The notes beneath the pieces are model-generated. The model worked only from the letters and a program-made list of their open reading frames with translations, searched no databases and was not told the DNA's origin. 23,175 nucleotides of DNA from Armatimonadota bacterium (lineage in GTDB: Bacteria; Sysuimicrobiota; Sysuimicrobiia; Sysuimicrobiales; Humicultoraceae). A program made the translations under genes and the position numbers. Location: NCBI GenBank assembly GCA_037446215.1, contig JBBIJB010000031.1:1-23175 (forward strand), written 5' to 3'. Shown piece by piece: positions 16,944 to 23,175 of this stretch. Numbering within the stretch: the stretch's first letter is position 1; each line of letters begins with the position of its first letter.

Positions 16944-18118
16944 GCATGCGTCGGGTAGCCGTCGTAGGCGCGGGCATGACCCGGTTCGTCCGCCGCGCCA
17001 TGGAGACGCCCAAGGAGCTCTCGTGGCAGGCCGCCGGGATGGCGCTGGAGTCCTGCGGGCTCACGCTGAACGAGGTGGACGCCGTCTGCATAGGGAGCGC
17101 GCCGGACGCCTTCGACGGCATCCACATGAAGGGCGAGTATCTCGCCGACGGCTCGGGCGCCTGGGGAAAGCCGGTGATGCGCTCGTTCGTGGGCGGCGGG
17201 ACCGGCGTATTCGCCGCGCCTCAGGGCTGGTACCACGTGGCCAGCGGCCTCTTCGACGTTGTGCTCGTCGTCGCCGAGGAGAAGATGTCGAGCTTCTACC
17301 CCCACGCCCAGGCCGCGTTCCTCACGATCTTCGACCACACGACCGAGCGGCCGCTGCAACCCAACCTGCTGTGGATCTTCGCGCTGGAGATGAACCGCTA
17401 CATGCAGACCTACGGGATCTCCAAGCGCGACGTCGCGCAGGTAGCCGTCAAGAACAAGCGCAACGCGGCCGACCACCCGTGCTCGATGCTTGGCCAGGCC
17501 GAAATAACCGTGGATGACGTGTTGAACTCGGAGGTCCTCGCCTATCCCGTGCAGCGCCTGGACGTGAGCCCGGTCAGCGACGGCGCCGCAGCGCTGGTCC
17601 TTGCCTCCGAGGAGGTCGCCGCGCGGGTCACCGACAAGCCTGTCTGGGTGCAGGGGGTCGGCTGGAACCTCGACACGGCGTACTGGACCAACCGCGACCT
17701 GGCCTACCCCGAGTACGTCGAGCGCGCGGCCCGCATGGCCTACGAGATGGCGGGGGTCCGGGAGCCGCGCAAGGAGATCCATATCGTCGAGCCCTATGAC
17801 CCGTTCGACTACAAGGAGCTGCACCACCTGGAGGGGCTGCTGCTGGCCGACCGCGGCAAGGCCCCCGAGATCACGGCCCAGGGGATAACGGCGAGGGACG
17901 GCGCAATGCCCGTCTGCCCCTCGGGCGGGCTGCTCGGCGTGGGCAACCCGATCTCCGCCGCAGGCCTAATGAAGGTGGCCGAGCTGTTCTGGCAGCTTCG
18001 CGGGGAGGCCGGCAGGCGCCAGGTGCCCGGCAAGCCGGAGCGAGGCCTGGCGCAGGCGTGGGGCGACCTGATGCAGGTGGGCACGGTCGTGATCCTCGGG
18101 ACCGAGAGGCCTTCATAG
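16940..18118 (+). CDS. Thiolase-domain protein, non-canonical (SCP-x/Ltp-like) subunit 2
   Basis: Start at ATG 16940 (ATGA overlap, GGAGG RBS); 'VAVVGAGMT', 'SPVSDGAAALVLASE', 'EPYDPF', 'PSGGLLGVGNPISAAG'; the Cys loop reads FVGGGTG. Confidence 0.88.
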   Translation: MSMRRVAVVGAGMTRFVRRAMETPKELSWQAAGMALESCGLTLNEVDAVCIGSAPDAFDGIHMKGEYLADGSGAWGKPVMRSFVGGGTGVFAAPQGWYHVASGLFDVVLVVAEEKMSSFYPHAQAAFLTIFDHTTERPLQPNLLWIFALEMNRYMQTYGISKRDVAQVAVKNKRNAADHPCSMLGQAEITVDDVLNSEVLAYPVQRLDVSPVSDGAAALVLASEEVAARVTDKPVWVQGVGWNLDTAYWTNRDLAYPEYVERAARMAYEMAGVREPRKEIHIVEPYDPFDYKELHHLEGLLLADRGKAPEITAQGITARDGAMPVCPSGGLLGVGNPISAAGLMKVAELFWQLRGEAGRRQVPGKPERGLAQAWGDLMQVGTVVILGTERPS

Positions 18119-18135
18119 GAGAGGAGCGGCGTGAG

Positions 18136-18651
18136 ATGACCGAGCGGATCTCTTCGTTTCCCGGCACCGCGCTAGGCGAAGGCGACTTCGAGTCCGGCAG
18201 GGTCCTGTCGGTCCACGACCGCCTGCGGGCTCACTACTCCTGGGACGCGGGCCCCGCGATAGGCCGCTACCTGCAAGGGCTGAAGGAAGGCCGAATGGTC
18301 GGGGTCAGGTGCGGCCGCTGCGAGCGCACGGTGGTGCCGCCGAGATCGTTCTGCGAGTGCTGCTTCGGTCCGATGGGCGAGTTCGTGCCGCTGGCCGACG
18401 CGGGCACGGTCAACACCTTCTCGCTCTGCTACGTCACCTGGGACGTCAGGAGGATAACCGATCCCCTGCTGCCCGCGGTCATAGACATAGACGGAACCTC
18501 CCCGCCTGCCGGCATCCTGCATCTGTTGGGCGAGGTAGACCCACAGGAGATCCGCATAGGGCTCCGGGTGCGGGCCGTCTGGAAGCCTTCGGAGGAACGC
18601 GAGGGAGCTATTACCGACATCCGCTACTTCAAGCCCCTGGACGGAGGTTAG
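18136..18651 (+). CDS. DUF35 Zn-ribbon/OB-fold acyl-CoA-associated protein
   Basis: CGRC...PPRSFCECC zinc ribbon, 'GTVNTFS', 'IGLRVRAVW'; ATG 18136 after GAGGAG. Confidence 0.9.
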   Translation: MTERISSFPGTALGEGDFESGRVLSVHDRLRAHYSWDAGPAIGRYLQGLKEGRMVGVRCGRCERTVVPPRSFCECCFGPMGEFVPLADAGTVNTFSLCYVTWDVRRITDPLLPAVIDIDGTSPPAGILHLLGEVDPQEIRIGLRVRAVWKPSEEREGAITDIRYFKPLDGG

Positions 18652-18653
18652 CC

Positions 18654-19124
18654 ATGCCGCTGGAACCAGTCCTGCGCACCGACCGGCTCCGCTCCTGGCA
18701 GGGCGAGATGCCGGTTGCCAACCGCTACAGCTTCGGAGTGGCGCTGGAGCGGTTCTTCCGCGCGATCAAGGACGAGGGACAGATCCTGGGAACCCCCTGC
18801 GCCCGCTGCGGCGTGACCTACGTTCCGGGCAGGATCTTCTGCGAGAGGTGCTTCGACGGGCTGACCGAGTGGAAGGCGGTCGGACCCCAGGGAACGGTCG
18901 AGGCGATCACCCTGCTCCACGTGGACCTCGACGGCTCCCGGCTCGCACAGCCGCGCCTACTGGCGCTGGTCAAGCTGGACGGCGCGGGCACGGTCCTTCT
19001 CCACTACCTGGAGGGCGCCTCTCCCGGGGAGGCTGGGGCAGGGCTGCGGGTCGAGCCGGTCTTCAGGCCGGCCGGCGAGCGGATCGGATCGATCCTGGAC
19101 ATCCGGCACTTCAGGCCGGCCTAG
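18654..19124 (+). CDS. DUF35 Zn-ribbon/OB-fold protein (second copy)
   Basis: CARC...PGRIFCERC, 'GTVEAIT', 'GLRVEPVF...SILDIRHFRP'; ATG 18654 after GGAGG. Confidence 0.9.
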   Translation: MPLEPVLRTDRLRSWQGEMPVANRYSFGVALERFFRAIKDEGQILGTPCARCGVTYVPGRIFCERCFDGLTEWKAVGPQGTVEAITLLHVDLDGSRLAQPRLLALVKLDGAGTVLLHYLEGASPGEAGAGLRVEPVFRPAGERIGSILDIRHFRPA

Positions 19125-19143
19125 GCGGACGCGGCTCAGCGGC

Positions 19144-19644
19144 TCAGCGCCGGGGCGTCTGACCCTCGGCTATGCGGCGGATCTCCTCCAGGAGCCGCAG
19201 GGTGTCGTGCTCGAAGGTCTCCTGGATTATCGCGAACTTGGCCATCTGCTCCGGGGTGAGGATCGCCCCGATCGCCTGTAGCTGCCCGCGCCGCTTGGCC
19301 TCCGCATCCGCGCGCAGGGCGTTGAGCTCGCTCACCTTCGCGCGAATCAGCTCCTCGTCGCGGGGCTGTTGGGCCGAGAGGTGGCGGATCTCGCGCATCA
19401 GGCGTGGCGCGCGCCGCCCCATCTCTATACGGATCCCCTTCAGGGCCTTCATCACGGGGAAGACCCGCGCGATCTGGGCCTCGCTCAGGTCTAGTTCGTC
19501 CACGAGCCGCCAGATGAGCAGCGCCTCGATAACCCTGCCGCCGCGGGGCGTGGGCGACGGCTCCTGGCCGGCGGCCGGAACGACTAGCGCAACTGCCGCG
19601 ACCAGCAGGCCCAGCGCGACCGTGCGCGCCGGAAGCGCTCTCAC
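19144..19644 (-). CDS. Exported helical protein, Spy/CpxP/ZraP-like
   Basis: GTG 19644 overlaps the anti-sigma stop (GTGA); signal peptide ending VPAAG|Q; LTxxQ-like motifs 'LDLSEAQ' and 'ILTPEQ'. Confidence 0.75.
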   Translation of the reverse strand: MRALPARTVALGLLVAAVALVVPAAGQEPSPTPRGGRVIEALLIWRLVDELDLSEAQIARVFPVMKALKGIRIEMGRRAPRLMREIRHLSAQQPRDEELIRAKVSELNALRADAEAKRRGQLQAIGAILTPEQMAKFAIIQETFEHDTLRLLEEIRRIAEGQTPRR

Positions 19645-20153
19645 CGCCGCACCTGCTCGGCGGGCGCGTCCGAGCCCGCGGGAAGCCCGGCGCGCCAGGT
19701 CTCGAGCAGCTCGCCCAGCGACGGCAGCGTCTCCGCCATGGCCTGGGTGACGAGCCCTCGGGCCCGAGCGTCGACCAGGTACGGCTGAGGCGGCAGGGGA
19801 ACGGTGCGCACCGCCAGCATGACGGCAAAAACCGCTCCCGCGGTCAGCGCGGCCGTTCCGAGCGCGTGCAGTGGAGAAGCCAGCCACCTGAGGGCGCGCG
19901 ATGCCAGAGGGGGGCGGTCCGAGGCTATCCGCTCGCCGAGCCTTCTCATGAACCCCGGCCAGAAGCCCGGCGGAACGATCACCCTCCCCTCGTCCCGCAG
20001 GAGGGCGGCTAGCTCCTCGATCCCGGCGGCCTCCTGCCGGCAGCTGTCGCACACCGCCAGGTGGCCCGCTATCCAGGCCCTCTCCCCTGGCGGGAGCGAT
20101 CCGGTCGCGGCCTCGACGAGGCGGTCCAGGGTCTCCTGGCAGCTTCCGGTCAC
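19641..20153 (-). CDS. Zinc-binding anti-sigma factor (zf-HC2) with one TM helix
   Basis: N-terminal Cys plus HLAVCDSC (HxxxCxxC); hydrophobic segment 'ALGTAALTAGAVFAVMLAV'; overlaps the sigma stop. Confidence 0.88.
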   Translation of the reverse strand: MTGSCQETLDRLVEAATGSLPPGERAWIAGHLAVCDSCRQEAAGIEELAALLRDEGRVIVPPGFWPGFMRRLGERIASDRPPLASRALRWLASPLHALGTAALTAGAVFAVMLAVRTVPLPPQPYLVDARARGLVTQAMAETLPSLGELLETWRAGLPAGSDAPAEQVRR

Positions 20154-20713
20154 GGCGCGAGCACTCCCTCCTCTATCAGTGCGCCCCTGAGCTTACGAAG
20201 AGCGGCGAACATGGTGGCCTTCACCGTTCCTTCCGAGCATCCCATGATCCGCGCGATCTCCTGGTAGGGCATGTCCTGATAGAGGCGGAGAGCCACCATC
20301 GCCCGCTGGCGAGGCGGGAGCGCGGAGACCGCGCGGACCACGGCCCTTCCCGCCTCCCGGCCCTCGAAGGCCTCCTCTGTGCCGGGGCCCGGCGCCTGCT
20401 CGTGCCTACCCTCCTCGAGGTCGGCAACCGGAAGCCGCACGGACCGGGCCCTGGCGTCGAGGCAGAGGTTGACCGCGATGCGGTAGAGCCAGGTGTAGAG
20501 CTGGGAACGGCCGTCGAACCTATGAAGCGCCCGGTGGGCCCTGATGAACACCTCCTGCGCAACGTCCGCGGCGTCCTCATGGTTACCCAGCATCCGGCGG
20601 GCGATCCTGTATACGCCCTCCCGGTACTTGATGACGAGCGCGGTGAAGGCGCTCTCCTCACCGAGCGTGAAGGCCTCGATCAGCTCGCGGTCCTCAGCGT
20701 CTGGCGCCGCCAT
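20150..20713 (-). CDS. ECF RNA polymerase sigma factor
   Basis: Region 2 'DAADVAQEVFIRA...FDGRSQLYTWLYRIAVN'; region 4 'LPPRQR...YQEIARIMGCSEGTVK'. Confidence 0.95.
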   Translation of the reverse strand: MAAPDAEDRELIEAFTLGEESAFTALVIKYREGVYRIARRMLGNHEDAADVAQEVFIRAHRALHRFDGRSQLYTWLYRIAVNLCLDARARSVRLPVADLEEGRHEQAPGPGTEEAFEGREAGRAVVRAVSALPPRQRAMVALRLYQDMPYQEIARIMGCSEGTVKATMFAALRKLRGALIEEGVLAP

Positions 20714-20753
20714 CCCTCACCACTCCTGTGACGGCGTAGAGCCCGCCCCGGGT

Positions 20754-21359
20754 TTACTCCGGGAAGACCTTCGCCATCTCCTCCACGGGAGACCAGTCGA
20801 GGTTGCGGAAGAAGGCGTCGATGTAGGCCGCCTTTCCCGTCTGGTAGTCCAGGTAGTAGGCGTGCTCGAAGACGTCGAGCGCGATGATTGCGGACGCGTT
20901 CCACACCGGATAGGTGTTCTGCTCGTCGCCGATGTAGTTGAACAGCCGCATCGTGTTCCAGTCGTAGGCGGTCCAGGCCCAGCCCCTGGCGGCGATCGCG
21001 GTCGCCTTCAGGTCGCGCTGCCACTCCTCGAAGCTGCCGAAGTCGCGCTCGATCATCTCCAGCAACTTACCGGATGGCTTGCCCCCCTTGCCTCCCAGGT
21101 GCGAGAAGTAGAGCTCGTGGTGCTTGACACCTCCGATCGCCCTGGAGAGCTCCACCTTGAGCTCTCGGATCTCGGAGTAGGTGGGGTTCGCCTTGGCCGG
21201 ATCCTTGTCCAGCGCCGCCAGCTTCTCGTGGATCTCGTTCGCCTTCGCGACGTAGCCGCTGTAGAGCTTGTAGTGCTCTTCCATGGTCTTCTTAGAGATC
21301 CCGTCCAACTCGACTTCGAACGCGTGGAACTTCTTCGCCTCGTACTTCGGATATGCCAT
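20754..21359 (-). CDS. Fe/Mn superoxide dismutase family protein
   Basis: Signature DVFEHAYYLDY, N-terminal His in EEHYKLY and KHHELYF, 'FGSFEEW', 'GWAW'; strong RBS AGGAGGTG. Confidence 0.92.
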   Translation of the reverse strand: MAYPKYEAKKFHAFEVELDGISKKTMEEHYKLYSGYVAKANEIHEKLAALDKDPAKANPTYSEIRELKVELSRAIGGVKHHELYFSHLGGKGGKPSGKLLEMIERDFGSFEEWQRDLKATAIAARGWAWTAYDWNTMRLFNYIGDEQNTYPVWNASAIIALDVFEHAYYLDYQTGKAAYIDAFFRNLDWSPVEEMAKVFPE

Positions 21360-21424
21360 TCGGAACTCACCTCCTGATGGTGTCAGGCGCGGCTTTGGCC
21401 GATAGGCCCGGCCGCACCCCTAGG

Positions 21425-21450
21425 AACGGCCCGCGGGCAGCCGATATGCC
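21425..21450 (-). promoter_or_regulatory. Candidate ECF promoter GGCAT-N18-GTT upstream of SOD
   Basis: Minus strand GGCAT ATCGGCTGCCCGCGGGCC GTT; one mismatch to the motif at 15562-15587, same spacing. Confidence 0.4.
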
Positions 21451-21526
21451 CGCGACGGGGCCCAGGCAGGAAGTAGGGGTGCTTGGGCCGAAGCCGACCG
21501 CCGAAGGGCATGGAGGTAGCCCGTCG

Positions 21527-21709
21527 ATGTCACAGGAAGAGCTCTGCTGTCCATACTGCGAGGCGGTCATGGACCTTCGATACCATCTCCACCTGCCCGA
21601 GCATGTGTGGTACGAGTGCCCGATCTGCGGGCACCGCGCCGTGCCTCGCGGCAACGCCTTCATCACGCCCGAGGACGAGGCGGAGACCCAGTCGCCTCTC
21701 CACACCTAG
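21527..21709 (+). CDS. Small zinc-ribbon protein (60 aa, CPxC...CPxCG)
   Basis: GGAGGT 9 nt before ATG 21527; MSQEELCCPYCEAVM...WYECPICGHR; lies in a gap with no competing gene. Confidence 0.75.
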   Translation: MSQEELCCPYCEAVMDLRYHLHLPEHVWYECPICGHRAVPRGNAFITPEDEAETQSPLHT

Positions 21710-21764
21710 CGACCTCGCCGCACCCTTCAACGCAGAGAGCGCCTGACCGCACACGGCAGGCGGG

Positions 21765-23175
21765 CTACAGGCCCTCCAGCGGGCCGGAGGCGTGAACCGT
21801 CCGGCCGCCGACGAAGGTCGCGTGCACGCGCACGTCGCGTAGACCTCCGGGCCCGACCGCGTACGGATCCCGGTCGAGCACGATGAAATCCGCCAGCATC
21901 CCCGTGCCCAGCGAGCCCTGCCAGGCCTCGGTCCCCGCGGCCAGGGCCGCGCCCGAGGTGTAGGCGCGGAAGGCCTCGGCGAGGGTGAGGCGCTGCTCGG
22001 GATACCATGCCGGGCGGCCCGGCTCCTCACCCCGCATCCTCGTGGTCGCCGCGTGCAGGCCCGCCCAGGGATCGGCCGTCTCCACCGGGGCGTCCGAACC
22101 GAAGGCGATCAGGGCGCCCGAGTCCGCGAGCGAGCGCCAGGCATAGGCGAGCCGCGCCCTGCCTCCCCAGTACCGGTCGGCGATGTCGCGATCGGAGGTG
22201 GCGTGGATCGGCTGCATGGACGCGGTCACGCCGAGCGCCGCCAGGCGGGAGAGGTCCTCTTCGTGGAGCAGCTGGACGTGCTCCACCCTGTGGCGGGCAC
22301 CGGCGCGCCTGGAGGCCTCCAGGTGCGGCTCGAGCGCGTCGAGCGCCTCACGGTTGGCGCGGTCCCCGATGGCGTGGATCGCTATCCACAGCCCTGACTG
22401 CACCGCGGCCCCGACCAGCCGCCTCATCTCCTCGGGCTCCCGGAGGCGGATGCCGCGGCCGCCCGCCTCCCCCTCGAAGGGCGCGAGCATGCTCGCGGTC
22501 TGCGATCCCAGTGTTCCATCTGCGAAGATCTTGACCGGTCCGACGCGCAGCATCTCGTCGCCGAATCCCGTCCTCAGGCCCGCATGTGCGGCGGCCTCGA
22601 TGCTCGAGTCCGGAATAGACGCCACGGTTCGCAGCGAGAGCTCGCCCCTGAGGTGAAGGCGCTGGAGGGGCGCGAGATGGTCCGGGCCGCTGGCCGTCGT
22701 GCCCGTGAAGGCGTGCACTCCGGTGATGCCGAGGCGATGGAGATCGGCACAGGCGGCGAGGGTGGCGCGATCGAGCGCCTCTGGCCCGGGTGGAGGGACT
22801 GCCCGCCTGACCAGGGCCGTCGCCGTCTCCCTGAGGATCCCGTCCGGCTCGCCCGCGCTATCCCGACCGATGACTCCACCGGGGGGGTCGGGCGTCTCCC
22901 TCGTAATGCCGGCCGCCTGGAGCGCGGCGGTGTTCACCCATAGGAGGTGCCCGTCCTTGCTCGTCAGCGCGGCGGGCCGACCGCCCGCTGCCGGGTCGAG
23001 GTCATGGCGCGTAGGAAACCGGCCCTCCGCCCAGATGTTCTTGTCCCAGCCCCCGCCGAGCACCCAGCCCTCGCGGCCCTCCGGCGGTGCGCCGCGGGCC
23101 GCTGAGGAGACCAACGCGGCGGCCTCCTCCACCGAGCTCGCCCCGCGCAGGTCCAGGTGCAGCAGCCCGAGGCCG
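21765..23175 (-). CDS. Amidohydrolase-3 (YtcJ-like) family protein, 5' end outside the window
   Basis: 'DGH..WVNTAAL', 'VKIFADGTLGSQTA', 'IHAIGDRAN', 'RVEHVQ', 'SMQPIH', 'FGSDAPV', 'ADFIVLD'; frame stays open to the window edge. Confidence 0.93.
   Translation of the reverse strand, partial: GLGLLHLDLRGASSVEEAAALVSSAARGAPPEGREGWVLGGGWDKNIWAEGRFPTRHDLDPAAGGRPAALTSKDGHLLWVNTAALQAAGITRETPDPPGGVIGRDSAGEPDGILRETATALVRRAVPPPGPEALDRATLAACADLHRLGITGVHAFTGTTASGPDHLAPLQRLHLRGELSLRTVASIPDSSIEAAAHAGLRTGFGDEMLRVGPVKIFADGTLGSQTASMLAPFEGEAGGRGIRLREPEEMRRLVGAAVQSGLWIAIHAIGDRANREALDALEPHLEASRRAGARHRVEHVQLLHEEDLSRLAALGVTASMQPIHATSDRDIADRYWGGRARLAYAWRSLADSGALIAFGSDAPVETADPWAGLHAATTRMRGEEPGRPAWYPEQRLTLAEAFRAYTSGAALAAGTEAWQGSLGTGMLADFIVLDRDPYAVGPGGLRDVRVHATFVGGRTVHASGPLEGL

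Noticed and set aside
19645..20052. N-terminal extension of the Spy-like ORF
   Set aside because: Overlaps the anti-sigma gene; the signal peptide begins at GTG 19644.
21410..21500. TPP riboswitch or SRP RNA (TAGGGGTGC; CAGG..GGAAG)
   Set aside because: The TPP CTGAGA motif and the SRP GNRA-capped helix with AGCAG are absent.
1..23175. CRISPR arrays, transposases, integrases, tRNA/rRNA, tandem repeats
   Set aside because: None recognised; intergenic gaps are short and no spaced direct repeats were seen by eye.

Overview
GC-rich (roughly 70% by eye) bacterial chromosomal window, densely coding, with no recognisable mobile element, CRISPR array, tRNA or rRNA. Left to right it holds: a four-gene type IV minor pilin cluster (FimT-, PilV-, PilW-, PilX-like; minus strand); a HutC-type GntR regulator, TIGR00725/LOG protein and four-gene ABC importer in one operon; a UPF0182 membrane protein; a probable operon of thioredoxin-fold oxidoreductase, fabF and a P1B-type ATPase; a plus-strand block of two non-canonical thiolase-fold genes and two DUF35 genes; a minus-strand run of Fe/Mn SOD, ECF sigma, zinc anti-sigma and Spy/CpxP-like protein; a 60-aa zinc-ribbon protein; and a YtcJ-like amidohydrolase cut by the right edge. 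The main hidden feature is that the ORF track splits one gene (15531..14833) at an in-frame TGA lying exactly at the first position of the redox motif (TPT-U-PHC-P), followed by a SECIS-like hairpin, so it is very likely a selenoprotein. It sits behind a GGAAT-N18-GTT ECF-type promoter, and similar motifs precede the SOD/ECF operon and the pilin cluster. All family assignments come from motif recognition by eye, not from database searches.
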